Assembly: GCF_963921235.1 (NCBI RefSeq) | Contig: NC_086108.1 | Span: 44,084,001 to 44,148,000 of the forward strand | Source of the DNA: Mobula hypostoma | Lineage: Eukaryota | Direction: 5' to 3' | Length of the DNA stretch: 64,000 bases | Shown: in pieces, positions 38,173 through 52,636 of the stretch | How the letters are laid out: each line of letters starts with the position of its first letter | Position numbering within the stretch: the stretch's first letter is position 1 | Translations under genes and position numbers: made by a program | Notes under the pieces: model-generated | What the model was told of the DNA's origin: nothing | The model's input: only the letters and a program-made list of their open reading frames with translations | Databases searched by the model: none

Positions 38173-38778
38173 GCTCGCCGGAATGCCAGACACTTAAAAT
38201 AAGCTATTATCACTGTCAAAGTGGTTCTGTCTCTTATGAGGAGTTCCAAGCCTTTATGATGTCCAGTAAGATGTAGAGAAGTGAATCAGTGGAGTGCTAC
38301 ACACACCTCTATAGTTTATCTCAAACACTGGTTTTAATATCCATAGCATCATATGGGTGATACCACACCATCCCCAGAATGAAGGAAGTGTCCCTCTTTT
38401 GCTGAATGTGGCAATCTCACCGCAGAATCTGCTCATTTGGAATTAAGGCACGAGAATCCAAGGTGCCAGGAGATCAATATCTGGAAGTACTGAGATGGCT
38501 GCTGAGTACTCAGACAGAGCAGAGTGAGAAAGCATGGATCTTAAACCATGCTTCCATGGCAGTAATCTCCGGTGGGTGTCTCACAAAAGGACAAAGAAAG
38601 CAATATCTATAATAGCTGGGGAAGAGCTGGCTAGAGAACGGTAGGGCCAGAAGCAAGGTCAATGGTTGTTGCATGTCCTTCACACAAGCTCAGAGTCTGT
38701 GAAAAGCCATGCAGCTCGGAGCATTCCATGGTTTCCCTACTGAGGAGCAGTAAGCAGTCATTCCCTCTGAAGAACTGA

Positions 38779-39006
<228 letters not shown>

Positions 39007-39096
39007 TAACAAAATGAAGAATTTCTCCAGACTTTCTGTCCATACCCTCTTTGGATATTCTCAAACAGAAAATAGTTTTCTATTTCAATGGGAATA

Positions 39097-40463
39097 TAGA
39101 ACATAGAACATAGAATACAGAATAGTACAGCATAGTACAGGCCCTTCAGCCCACAATGTTGTGCCGACCCTCAAACCCTGCCTCCCATATAAGCTCCCGC
39201 CTTAGATTCCTCCATATATCTGTCTAGTAGTCTCTTAAATTTCACTAGTGTATCTGCCTCCACCACTGACTCAGGCAGTGCATTCCACGCACCAACCACT
39301 CTCTGAGTAAAAAATCCTTCCTCTAATATCCCCCTTGAACTTCCCACCCCTTACCTTAAAGCCATGTCCTCTTGTATTGAGCAGTGGTGCCCTGGGGAAG
39401 AGGCGCTGGCTATCCACTCTATCTATTCCTCTTATTATCTTGTACACCTCTATCATATCTCCTCTCATCCTCCTTCTCTCCAAAGAGTAAAGCCCTAGCT
39501 CCCTTAATCTCTGATCATAATGCATGCTTTCTAAACCAGGCAGCATCCTGGTAAATCTCCTCTGTACCCTTTCCAATGCTTCCACATCCTTCCTATAGTG
39601 AGGTGACCAGAACTGGACACAATACTCCAAGTGTGGCCTAACCAGAGTTTTATAGAGCTGCATAATTACATCGCGACTCTTAAACTCTATCCCTCGACTT
39701 ATGAAAGCTAACACCCCATAAGCTTTCTTAACTACCCTATCCACCTGTGAGGCAACTTTCAGGGATCTGTGGACATGTACCCCGAGATCCCTCTGCTCCT
39801 CCACACTACCAAGTATCCTGCCATTTACTTTGTACTCTGCCTTGGAGTTTGTCCTTCCAAAGTGTACCACCTCACACTTCTCCAGGTTGAACTCCATCTG
39901 CCACTTCTCAGCCCACTTCTGCATCCTATCAATGTCTCTCTGCAATCCTTGACAATCCTCTACACTATCTACAACACCACCAACCTTTGTGGCGTCTGCA
40001 AACTTGCCAACCCACCCTTCTACCCCCACATCCAGGTCGTTAATAAAAGTCACGAAAAATAGAGGTCCCAGAACAGATCCTTGTGGGACACCACTAGTCA
40101 CAATCCTCCAATCTGAATGTACTCCCTCCACCACCACCCTCTGCCTTCTGCAGACAAGCCAATTCTGAATCCACTTGGCCAAACTTCCCTGGATCCCATG
40201 CCTTCTAACTTTCTGAATAAGCCTACCGTGTGGAACCTTGTCAAATAGCTTACTAAAATCCATATAGATCACATCCACTGCACTACCCTCATCTATATGC
40301 CTGGTCACCTCCTCAAAGAACTCTATCAGGCTTGTTAGACACGATCTGCCCTTCACAAAGCCATGCTGACTGTCCCTGATCAGACCATGATTCTCTAAAT
40401 GCTTATAGATCCTATCTCTAAGAATCTTTTCCAACAGCTTTCCCACCACAGACGTAAGGCTCA
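39097..40463 (-). mobile_element. Young 5'-truncated CR1 LINE (397-aa open RT fragment)
   Basis: Uninterrupted ORF 39271-40464 with SQHGFVKGRSCLT, GVPQGSVLGP and FADA (catalytic D lost). Short tandem 3' tail. Confidence 0.92.
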
Positions 40464-40483
40464 ATCTCCAATCTCCAATGTTT

Positions 40484-41043
40484 TTTTTTAATATAATTTT
40501 TATTGAGTTTTTGAAGTGATTACATGGAAAGATAATGTCTACCCTCCCCCTCCCCTTAACCCTTCCCCCCGATATATACCCCTAGCTGAAAAAAAAAGGA
40601 AAAAAAGAAAAAGAAAGAAGAACTGCCTGGATATTGGAAGGTTTCCACATGCTCCATGGGATTCAAAATAAATTTAGTATATTTATTTATTACTTTCCCC
40701 AAGGGACCAATATCTTTATCATCAGAGCAACTAAATATGCCATCCCATCTTTTGTAAATAAGGGTGCCAAATATTCAAAAATGTATCATATTTATCTCTT
40801 AAATTATAAGTAATTTTTTTGAGTGGAATACAACTAGACATTTCATTGTTCCAATGATTCATATTTAAATACAAATCCGATTTCCAAGTAACTGCTATAG
40901 CCTTCTTGGCTACTGCCAATGCAATTTTTATGAATTCTTTCTGTTATTTATTCAGTTTAAGTTTTGGTTTTATCCCTTCAGTATCACGTAATAGAAATAA
41001 TACAGGGTTATGTGGAAGTTGAGATCCAGTAATTTGTTCCAAT
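40484..41043 (-). mobile_element. L1-clade LINE 3' end with poly(A) and 14-bp TSD
   Basis: AVAKKAIAVTWKS...KITYNLRDKYDTFLNIWHPYL, then AATAAA plus an A-tail. TSD aatctccaatgttt at 40470-40483 and 41044-41057. Confidence 0.8.
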
Positions 41044-41475
41044 AATCTCCAATGTTTGAGGAAAAGCTTGAAATTTCTGCTTTGGGGAGGAAGAAGGAAC
41101 AATACTTATGATGTTTGCACAATAGTAGCCAACACAATAGGTAGAGATTCAACACAAGCCATCATTGCAATAAGTGTTAATAAAAATTGAGGGACTAGTC
41201 ATGCAGGACTCCACCTACTGTCTATATTTGTCATCCACCATTGCTACAGGATGGATGTGATTTGCTGATCTTGCTCAAGCTCTCCATTCTTTAGTCTACA
41301 GTGGAGGCTGGACACCAGCTTAGCTCTGTATGGTGAAATGGTGGTCCCACCCCGATAGCCTTTGCACATGCCAAAGCTTGGAGATAACGTTAAATGTCTT
41401 TGACATTTAGAAACATTTAAAAACCATTAAAATTGATGTACATAAGTTTTTGAAATAACTATTAAAATTAAAGAT

Positions 41476-41784
41476 TTAAGGCATCCGTTAGTCTTGTGAG
41501 ACCATGGATCTGTGCCTGGAAGGTCTCCACTCTCCAGGGCGTAGGCCTGGGCAAGGTTGTATGGAAGACCGGCAGTTGCCCATGCTGCAAGTCTCCCCAC
41601 TCCACACACCGATGTTGTCCAAGGGAAGGGCAAGGGCCGATACAGCTTGGCACCAGTGTTGTCGCAGAGCAATGTGTGGTTAAGTGCCTTGCTCAAGGAC
41701 ACAACACACTGCCTCGTCTGGGGCTCGAACTCACGATCTTCAGGTCGCTAGTCCAATACCTTAACCACTTGGCCATGTGCCCAC
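41476..41784 (-). mobile_element. tRNA-derived SINE with CORE-like body and 12-bp TSD
   Basis: Head tggccaagtggttaagg...gagttcgagccc and body gtgtccttgagcaaggcacttaacc. TSD aaaattaaagat at 41464-41475 and 41785-41796. Confidence 0.8.
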
Positions 41785-42319
41785 AAAATTAAAGATAACC
41801 GCTAACATAAAATATAGAAATATTATTAAAAAGGCTACGGTAGAATAACAAACCAAAGCTAAAACCGGAAAATGGTCAACAGCTGGGTCAGTGTCTGTGG
41901 AGAGAAGTTTAGAGGTTTTCAATGACCCTTCATCGCAACTGGGAAAAATTAGGCATTTTGACAAATTTCAATTTTCAGTTGGTGGGGTGAGAAGGGCAGA
42001 GGGAACATCCATAACAGCACAAAGACCAAGTTCATATAGACAGGCATTGATTGGGGACAGCTGCAAATCTGTCATTATATGGATAAGGCTTTTATTGTTT
42101 AACTATTATTGCCCTTCAGATGGTGGCCTTGAGCTTTAGTACTTTGAACAGCTGATTACTTGTTAGAACATTTCAGCAGAACAGTTAAAGAGCCAACACC
42201 GTGGCTGCAGATCCAGGGTCATACTAGTGTGTAGGATTGGGTAAAGGTAAAAGATTTCCTTTGCAAAAGGATATCAGTGAACCAAAGGAGTTTTTAGGTT
42301 AGCCTGGTAGCTTTGTGAT

Positions 42320-43218
42320 TGCTCTACTCCTTCTATACCCATGACTGTATGGCTAGCTATAGCTCAAATTTGCTGATGATGCAGCCATTGTTGGTAGAAT
42401 CCCAGATGGAGATGAGCGGGCGTACAGGAGTGAGATATACCAACTAGTTGAGAGATGTCACAGCGACAACCTGGCACTCAATGGCAGTAAAATGAAAGAG
42501 CTGATTGTGGACTTCAGGAAGGGTAAGACAAGGGAGCACAGACCAAACCTCATAGAGGGATCAGAAGTGGAGAGAGTGAGCAGTTCCTGGGTGTCAAGAT
42601 CTCGAAGGATCTAATTTGGTCCCAATATATCTATACAGCTATAAAGAAGGTAAGACAGTAGCTATATTTCATTAGGAGTTTGAAGAGATTTGGTTTGTCA
42701 CCTAAAACACTCAAAAACTTCTACAGATGTACTATGGAGGGCATTCTGACAGGCTGCTTCACTCCCTGGTATGGGGGGGTGGGTTACTGCACAAGACTGA
42801 AAAAAACTACAGAAGGTTGTAAAATTAGTGAGCTCCATTTGTAGTATCCAGGACATCTTCAAGGAGTGATGCCTCAAAAAGGTGATGTCCATTATTAAGG
42901 ACCCCCATCAGCCACAATATGCCCTCTTCTCATTGCTACGATCAAGAAGGAGGTACAGAAGCCTGAAAGTACACACTCAGTGATTCAGGAACAGCTTCTT
43001 CCCCTCTGCCATCCGATTCCTAAATGGACATTGAACCCATGAACACTATTCACTTATTATTTCTGTTTTTGCACTATTTTTAATCTATTTAATATACACG
43101 TACCTACTGTAGTTGATTTACATACTTATTTTTTTCTATATTATCATGTGTTGCATTGAACTGCTGAGTGAGCAAATTTCATGACACATTCTGGTAATAA
43201 TAAATCTGATTCTGATTC
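42320..43218 (+). mobile_element. Rex1/Babar-type LINE fragment
   Basis: KFADD motif near 42366. Same 3' region and tail as 23202-23789. Confidence 0.8.
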
Positions 43219-43644
43219 TGTTGTTGATGTTAGCAGTGTGATTAAGAATGCATACAGGAGACCTGCCTTCATTAGCTGGGGTATAGAATGTAAAAGCCAG
43301 GATGATGTATTACATCTATACAAAACAGTAGCTAGGCACATCCGCAGTTCTGGTCCCCATGCTATAGAAAACATGATTACATTGGAGAAGATGCAGAGCA
43401 AGTTCAGCAAGATGTTGCCTGGGGTGGAGCATTTCAACCACGTGGAGAGACTGAATATTCTAGGTTTGTTGCCTTTGCTGCAGAGAGGGCGGAGGAGTGA
43501 TCAGACTGAAGCACACAAAATTCCGTGGGGAGTTGCTAGGGTAGATAGTGAAAAACTTTTGCACATAGAGTTGACAATACTCAGCAGGCATAGGGTTAGG
43601 GAAGAGCACAGAGTGGATTAGAGAAGGAACTTTTTGAAACCTAC

Positions 43645-46235
43645 TGTAAATATATTGTTTCATTAAGCATTCTTTGTTTACATAATTCATGAAGGGTGAT
43701 ATGTGTGTTCGTCCATTGTCAACATTGATGAGGACCCCAACACCACTATGAAGGTGTCGAGACTGGTGCGTGATTTGGCTTTAAGTGTGGGAGAGTTATA
43801 TGTAAGAAGTATGTGAATCCCATACATTATTATACAGTACCACCACGTCATATGTGAGCTAAGATGAACTAAGTAGACAAGTTATCCCAGGCTCCTGTGT
43901 TTTTCCTTCAATTAATTTTTAGAGTTACAAAACGTAATGGTGGTGAGGAGGAAATTTTAAAATGAACCTGAGACAACTACCTACCTGCTGAAGCACAGCA
44001 TGTTTTTTCTTTGGAAGGGGAGAGAGATGGTTGAGATTTTAAAAGTGGCAGAAAAAGGATGAAATTAACAAGCAACATTTAAGCCCCAGAGTTCATGAAC
44101 AGTATCTACTGGGTGATATAATAATAATAATATGAGGGAAAAGCAGAAATGTCTGGCTACATTGGAAAGATAAACACAGATAACTCAGAGTGCTCAACAG
44201 ATAACTGGATGATATATACTGTACAAATTGAGCAGTCTTTTAAAGCAAATGGAGTAGCCAGGAAGAAACGAGTACCAGTGTTGCCAAGTGTTATAGGAAG
44301 AAAAGAATGCAGTATGTTCAGAAGTTTGACTGCTCCAACCAAACCAGCCAAAATGAGCTTTGCTGACATTGTGAACATAATGCAGGAATATTTATAACTG
44401 TAACCATTGTTGATTGCAGAGTGCTTTAGGTTTCATTAGTGGAATCAAAAAGAAGGGGAGTCCATTTCAGCTCACATGGCTGAATTGAAGAAATTATCTG
44501 AGCATTCAGTGAGGGCTTAATAATGCACTGAGAGATTGTTTAATGTGTAGAATCTTAAAAGGAAACATTCAAAAATAGCTCCTAATTTAAGCCCAATTCA
44601 CATTTAAAAGAACAGTTGAAATTGCTGCATCAGTAGAAACAGCAAGCAGAGACACAACTGAGTTGCAATCAGGAATGAAAGTGAGAATGAACAAAATTGC
44701 AACATCTAAACAGAAACCTATCTGGCCAAAAAACTTGTGTTACCATTATGGAAGGCTCTCACATACGCTGGTTCAATACAAGCTTAAAGGGGAAATTTGC
44801 AGAAAATGCAACAAAGTAGGGCACATACAAAGGGCATGATGGGCAGACAAAAATAAATGGATTGTACAGGGAAGAGAAAAAATAAAAAGTTATGTTGCAT
44901 GTTCAAAAAGAGGACTAATCTGCATGCTGTTGATGAAAAATCTGATAATGATAAGGGTGACACAGGACTGCGTAGCCTTGAGATTTACAACGTGAAAACT
45001 AATTACAAACTAGCAATACGGCTTACACCAGAAATGAACAGCAAATTAATTAAATTGGAGTAGGAAACAGGCTCAGCTGTTCCAGTCTTTCTACAAAATA
45101 AGTTTGAATGACATTTCAAAGATACTGCACTGAAGTCTGCAGATATCTAACCAATAACTTACATTGGAGAAAACATACCTCCTGTGGGAATGACATTTGT
45201 AACAGTGAAACACAACAACCAACAAACCACATTGGGCTTGTATGTGGTGAAACAGGAGGGCCTGCATTGTGTGGCCGTGATTTGCTGAGACAACTAAACT
45301 TGGTTGGAGATCCAGCCACCATTTCCATGCCACATTGCCTGCGTTAGAATCAACTGAAAGAGAATTAAGAAAGGGTCTCAGGAAGAGTGTGCAGGACAAA
45401 GAACGGAGTTAAAATGGGGGCTCCTCAAACAAGGATGTTCAATGTTTCACTCCTGGACAAGCAGTCCTAGTGAGGGACTACAGAGGTGATCAAAAATGGG
45501 TACCTGGAAAGATTAAGGATAGAACTGGACCAATCTCCTATACAGGTTGTGTCTGATGTCATCTGGAGTCGACAAATTGATCATTTGAGGAGAGCGGAGT
45601 CAATTGTTAGAGAAGAAGGTGACCTCAGCTGTCAGAACCTCTTCCTGCAGTCCCAGAGTCAACTCTTCCAATGATGATGGAGGAAGCCCCAGAACCTGAG
45701 ATTGTTTCACAGCCATAAGTCTCACCTGCCGAGCAGAGTGATCCCCCTTGACAGGAAAGATGTTATCCCACCAGAGTAAGAGATCTTCTATAGTGATTAA
45801 ATCTTAAGGCCTAAATGGGACAATTTAAAAATTACTATGCTGTGAATGTCTATATAATAGTTGTATTGTGTAGTATACTGTGCGTGTAATTAATATATAT
45901 AAACACATACATATATATGACTAGCGAGCAATACATTACATATTTGAGTTTAGAAGCATTCTATATTGAGTTGGAGTTTATAGCTAAGCAGGGAGAAATG
46001 TCGTATATTTAATATTTCAGTAACACTTGAGTAATATTGTTATTATATTGTTTGATTATGCATTCTTTGTGTACATAATTCATCATGGGTTCTATGTAAA
46101 AGTATGTGAATGGTGTACGTCATTATGCCACCATGTCATAGTGAGTGCCTCACTAAAGAAACACTAAATAGGCAAGTTATCCTGGGCTCCTGTGTTACAT
46201 TTTTGGGTTCCTTTCTGGAGTTACAAAACATAACA
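43645..46235 (+). mobile_element. Degenerate, internally deleted Gypsy/Ty3 LTR retrotransposon
   Basis: LTRs at ~43645-43937 (5'-truncated, with an insert) and 45999-46235 (TG...CA). A PBS-like tggtggtgagg follows the 5' LTR and a purine tract agcagggagaaa precedes the 3' LTR. Gag from 44149, Zn knuckle CRKCNKVGHIQRA*, protease remnant (xTGSAV) and integrase C-terminal remnant. Confidence 0.8.
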
Positions 46236-47261
46236 CCCGCAACTCGATACCAGAGAGAAGAAAGGTTCTGGCATAACGTTGAGATAGTATTTAGATCAGC
46301 ACTTGAAACACCATGATATGGAAGGTTATATGCTGAGTGCTTGTAAATGGGATTAGCACAGTGCTTGATGACAAGCATAGACGTGTTGAGCCAAAGGGTT
46401 TATGTCCCTGCTGTTTCACCCTAGTTCCAATTCCAGATTCGCCTAAATATTTGAAATAAATTTTCACATCTGTTGTGGTGGGATTTGACCATGTATCTAC
46501 ACATCAACAACCCAGGTCTCCAGATTTCTAATCCTGTAATCTCATATGTTCTCTACCTAATCTTGAAAGTATCCTAGCGACATTTCTCTTTGAATGCTCT
46601 TGTTGAACTGATTATTTGATACATAATAAAAATATTGTCTTTCCTAGGCTGACTGTTAGAGCATCCTATAGTTCCTGACAGGGAATTTGGACATTTAAAA
46701 CAATAATACATCACTTCATGGAGCAATATTATATTTTGTGTATTAGACTATGGTGAAGGCAAGATTGGCCTTTAATTTTATAATACTAACACAGACTTGA
46801 GCAACAGTGCACAAGGAACTGTTAATGTTATTGGAAATGCAAAGGATCCCTGTGAGGTATATTTCCAATGACCCAGTGATGGATATAACGAGTGCTGTAA
46901 TGCAGCCAGTCAGCTTCTAGCGGTATACAACAGCAGTTGCAAAAATTGGTGGTCACAAGCGGTCTAGCATAGCTTGGAACAGCAATTCCATGAAAAACTG
47001 ATTTAGTGACTTCCACTATCATTACAGTATACCTTGGAGGCAGTAATGTCAACAACAGGGCACCCTATTCCCGTTAGCACTGCCACCAGGAAAGTCACCG
47101 AATAATACTTTTTGAGTGTAGCTAGAATAAACACTCACACTTTTCACTTGCCTGTTCTTCATATTAGGTGGGTTTATGACTAAAAATTAAATGATTGCTG
47201 TTTTAAGCATTTGCTTGCAGAAATATTAATGGGGCTGACCCACTTTTCTCCATGGTCTATA

Positions 47262-48300
47262 ACCTGGAAGTGGATATTATCTACATGGACCTTATGAACT
47301 TACATGAACAAAGTCCTCATAGGAAGCTGGTCCAGAAGATTCAGTTGCTTGGCATTCAGGATGAAGTAGCGAATTGGATCCAACATTGGCTTAGTGGGAG
47401 AAGCCAGGGAGTGGTAGTAGATGATTGTCTCTGACTGATGGCTTGTGACTAGTGATGTGCTGCAGGGATCGGTGCTGTGTCTGGTTCTTGTTTGTCATCT
47501 GTATTAACGGTCTGGATGATAATGTGGTAAACTGGATCGACAAATCACAGCAAGGTTGGGAGTGTAGAGGAAGGCTAAAAAAATGGGCTGAAAAGTAACA
47601 GATTGAATTTAGTGCAGACAAGTGTGAGGTGTTGCACTTCAGGAGGACAAACCAAGGTAAGACTTACACAAGAATGGTAGGGCTATGAGGCATGTGGTAG
47701 AAGAAAGAGACCTGCAAATACAGATCCATAATTCTTTGACAGTGGCATCATAGTTAGCTGGGGTCATAACGAGAGCTTTTGACACAATGGCCTTCATAAA
47801 TCAAAGTATTGAGTACAGGAGTTGGGATGTTATGTTAAAATTGTACAAGATGAGGCCAAATTAGGAGTATTGTATGCAGTTGTACCCTACCTACAGGAAA
47901 GATATCAATCAGCTTGAAAAAGCACGAGAAAATTGACATGAATGTTGCCAGGATTTGAGAATCTGAGTTATAGGGAAAAGTTGAATAAGTTAGGACTTTA
48001 TTACTTGGGGTGCAGGAGAATGAAGGGAGACCTTATAAAGGTATTATAATTATGAGGGGTGTCGATAAGATGAGTGCATGCAGGCTTTTGCTCTTCGGGT
48101 TGGGTGAGACTAGAACTATAGGTCATAGATTTAGGGTGAAAGGTGAAGTATTTTAGGGTATCTGCAGGAGAACTTTCTCACTCAGAGGGTGTTATGAGTG
48201 CATAACCAATGTGGATATGGTACTTGAGGCAGAAGATCAGGTTGTCATGGATTAGACATGCTCAAGAGCCAATATCTCTGCTGTGCTACTCCATGACTTT
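47262..48300 (+). mobile_element. Degenerate CR1 LINE
   Basis: VDIIYMD...NWIQHWLSGRSQGVVV and downstream CR1 remnants. Confidence 0.8.
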
Positions 48301-48401
48301 ATGAACAACATCAGAAACCTAGGTATACATTTCTAAAGTATACACGCTATCCAAGCCATGCTCACTCTTGGTCGATCAATTGTTTCACGGTTGTAAGGTA
48401 G

Positions 48402-48587
<186 letters not shown>

Positions 48588-49284
48588 TAACTTTAACCTT
48601 GGTGATGTCAATTTCAAATCCATGTCCACAATTACTGAGAACCACTCTCCCTTTAATAAAAATTAAACCTTTTCTATGTTAGCTGAAACATTTTAAGATA
48701 GAGAAATCAGTCTAATTTTTTTTTGGCACCTAAATTTTTCTGGATATTGAAATGGTGACAAAGAAATGCCACAGTGCCACTATGAAGCAGCCCCAAAGTT
48801 GCTTTTCAGTGTTATGTCAATGCTAAGCCGCACTATTCGACAACCCACCTACTTAACCCTGGCCTAATCACAGGACAATTTACAATGACCAGTTAACCTA
48901 CGAACCAGCACACCTTTGGACTTCAGGAGGAAACGCACACCCTCACAGGAAGAACGTACAAAGTTCTTACAGATGGCATCGGAATTGAACTCCAAACTCC
49001 GACACCTCGAGCTGTGATGGTGTTATGCTAACCCCTGTGCTGCCATGCCGTCCCAAAGATCTACTGGTTAGCAGGTTAATTGGTCATTGTAAAGTGTTCT
49101 GAGATTAGTCTAGGGTTAAATAGGATTGCCGGATGGTGCGGCACAATGGGACAGAGAGGACAGTTCCTCACTGTATCTCTAAATAAGACAAATAAAAATC
49201 TTCTTTAAATTTTCTCCATTCCACTTTAAACATAGGCCCTCTAGTATTTGACTTTCCAGCTGGAAAAAGTCTCTGACTATCTAT

Positions 49285-52200
49285 CATCATCATGATCATC
49301 AGGTGCCATGCCCAGTTTGAGCTTTGACTGCCATGGCCCACACACTCCTGTTTCAGGTCAAGTGGATCAATTCATTGGTATTCATTTCCAGTTCTCTGGC
49401 TGCTGTCTCCATCACCATTTGTCTTTGTCTTCCTCTTGCTTTCTCCCCTTCAATCTTTCCCATAATTACCGTGCATTCGAACTCCTCTTTCCTAATCACA
49501 TGTCCAATGAAGTTACGTTGCCTTTTCATGATCTCATACGTTATTTCTCTTTTTGTGTTTGCTCTGTTCATGATATCCTCGTTAGATATTTGTTTCGTCT
49601 GTGATATTCTTTGCATCCTTCTCAAAAACCACATCTCTGCTGCTACAATTCGTTTCCTCATGTTACTAGATAGTGTCCAACATTCTGAGCCATATAACAT
49701 AACTGGATAAACGTAACATTTCAGTACTCTTGGGCGGGTTGTCATGCCTAGTTTAGTATTGGTCAGTATACTCTTCATTCTCGTAAAGGTGTCTTTTGCC
49801 ATCCCTATTCTTCTTTTGATGTCCAAGTCGCACCTGCCATCTGATGTCACCCAGCTTCCTAAGTAGCAAAGGTTCTGTACTTGTTTTATGTCTTCCCTGT
49901 TTATTTTCAACCTGCAGATAGGATTCTCCTTTTTGGATATCACCATACATTCTGACATTCTGGCTTTTTGCAATTGATAGATGACCCATTTTTGCACTTT
50001 CTTCAACAATTATATCAATTAAGTTTTGTAGTTCTTCCTCCATACTTGCAATTAACACAGTGTCATCTCCATATCTGAAATTATTGATGTTTTCACCGCC
50101 AACTTTGATTCCCAAGATGTCTCTTATTTCTTGTAATATTGTTTCACTGTACACATTAAATAAATCGGGAGAAAACACACCCTTGTCTAATGCCTCTCTT
50201 GATTTTCGTAAACTGACTCACTTCTCCATCTATTCTTACAGTAGCAGTTTGTTCCCAGTACAGATTTCTGATTAGGCGGAGGTCTTTCGAATCTAGATCT
50301 AGAGTTTCCTGTAATATTTCAAATAACTTATTGTGCTTCACTTTATCAAATGCTTTTGTGTAGTCGATAAAACAAACAATCTTTTTGCACTTGAATTGCT
50401 CATTCTGATAGTATCCTTAACATCAATATTGCGTTTCTTGTACCTTTGTCTTTCACAAAACCACATTGTTCTTTGCCTATTTCAGCTTGTATCTTACTTT
50501 TAGCTCTTGTCATCAAAATTCTTAGAAGTATCTTGGTGATATGACTTAATAAACTTATGGTCCTATGTAATTCACATTCTATTGCTCCAGGTTTCTTAGG
50601 AGGAGTGATAAATACTGATTTTTTCATCTCTTCTGGTATTATTCAGACTCATAAATGTCATTGATTAAATCAGTAAGTTTTTCAATTCCATAGTCTTCAA
50701 GAGTGATAATTTGTTCTATTACTAATTCATCAGGGCCTGCTGCCTTTCCTTTCTTCATCTTATTTATTGCATTACGAACTTCAGATTTTAAAATACTTGG
50801 ACCTTCAATGTTTTTCTTAATTTCTGGTTTTTCGCCTCGATCGACTTCAAACAATTCCTGAATATACTCAATCCATCTATTCATAATCTCATCTTTTTCC
50901 ATGATAATGGTACCGTCCTTTGCTTTCAAACATCCATCTGAAGAACAGAGGAGCTTTTTAGCAGTGATATTCTTGATGTAACCTTTTTGGATCAGTAATA
51001 GGGATTCTTTCTATTTGCTCACATTCCTGATTTAACCATTCTTCTTTGGCTTGTTGACATAAGCTTTTAACTTTTTTATCTAAGGACTTATATTCTATAG
51101 GATTTGCTTTCTTCCATCTCCTTTCTTCCATTAAATTTTTGATTTCATCTGTCATCCATTTATTCTTTCTGCTTTTTTCTTTTTTAGGAATCACTGACTT
51201 TGCTGATTCTACCAAGGCATCCTTTAGAGAGTTAAATTTCATTTCTACATGATTGCTATCATCTTCAACAGATTCTATTTCTAGACTTTGAAATCTATTC
51301 CTTACTTCAATTGTAAATTTTTGTCTTAAGTTTTCTTCTTTAATTAATTTCAAGTAGTCAAGGGATTGTTCAGGTTTTTGCTTCTTTAGTTTTTTAAGTT
51401 TTACTTTTACATGACATAGTACTGGGTTATGGTCACTAGTACAGTCTGCACCTGGATATGTTTTGCATTGAGCCACTGAGTTTCTAAATCTTTGGTTTAT
51501 AATAATAAAGTCAATTTGATTTCTAGTGTTATCACCTGGACTTTTCCAGGTCCACAAGCATCTTGGATGGTTTTTAAAGTAGGTATTCATAATGACCTGA
51601 TTATTCATCTTGCACCATTCTACGCATTTCTCACCTCTTTCATTTCTTTCCCCTAGTCCAAATTTTCCTATGGTATTTCCATCAGCACCTTGTCCTACTT
51701 TAGCATTTAGATCTCCCATGACAATAACAATATCTTGAGATTTGCATCCATTCTTTGCTTGTTCAAGCTCTTCATAGAATTTATCTATATCCTCATTTGT
51801 TCCATCTGTTGTTGGTGCATATACCTGTATAATTGCTAAATCAAATGGTTGTCCTCTGGATCTAACAAGGAGCACTGTTTCCGATATTGCCTAATGTCCT
51901 AAAACATTTTTTGCACTGTTTTCATCGATTAGAATTCCTACTCCATTAGTATGGGATGTTCCACAAGAATAAATTAGTGTTTTATTTCTGATCTGACATG
52001 TTCCAGCACCTATCCAACGAACTTCGCTAATTCCCATGATGTTAATCTTTAGTCTTTCCATTTCACTTATCACATTGTCCAATCTTCCTGCTTGATATAG
52101 GGTTCTTACATTCCAAGTGGCAATAATGTTCTTTTGTGTTACCAGAATTTTATGACCGGTAGCTTGATGACGGTTGGGGATCCCCTGCTGGCCAGAATCA

Positions 52201-52636
52201 ACCCTACCGAGTGAAGCATCTTCAAATTGTCTTGAAGATCCTGTTAATGCTGTTGTTGTGTGATACATTTTGTGAGCTTGATCATGGTTTTCTTAGCAAA
52301 TAGCAATGGTGGTTTGCTATTGCCTACTGTTGGGCGAACTAAAGAAATCGCCACTTCTCTTCCCAAATGTTCATCCACCTATACTATAGCCATTGACATT
52401 TGAGGTCGTAGCTCACCCGCCTTCTCCGTCATAACTTCAGTTACTGAACCTGCTGGATCTGCCATTGGCCTTCGCTCGTATCCTGAGCAGGAACCCTTGC
52501 AGGCGCTTCCGTTCCGGGTCAGAGCAGCCCTGGGAGCAATGAATGACTAAGGGGTAACTCCACTTTCCCCAAAGCTCTGAAAGTCCCCAATCAGAGCCTC
52601 ATCACCGGTTGCAGTTTAGAGTCATACCCAAGACTG
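49285..52636 (-). mobile_element. Full-length RTE-clade LINE (APE + RT), frameshifted, 12-bp TSD
   Basis: APE motifs (IATWNVRTL, SEVRW, IQVYAPT, GDLNAK, QIDFI, SDHNPV) and RT motifs (RQGC, FRYGDD, YGSECW). (TGA)n-like 3' tail. TSD ctgactatctat at 49273-49284 and 52637-52648, inside an older CR1. Confidence 0.92.

Noticed and set aside
39271..40464. Active or domesticated reverse transcriptase gene
   Set aside because: 5'-truncated CR1 with the catalytic motif mutated to FADA and a frameshifted C-terminus.
41476..41540. SINE tail as partner of the RTE at 49285-52636
   Set aside because: The 3' terminal sequences do not match by eye.
43715..43770. Hammerhead-like ttgatgaggac...gtcgagac in the 5' LTR insert
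   Set aside because: C3 and GAAA are both altered and there is no stem I/III. More likely an unrelated repeat fragment.
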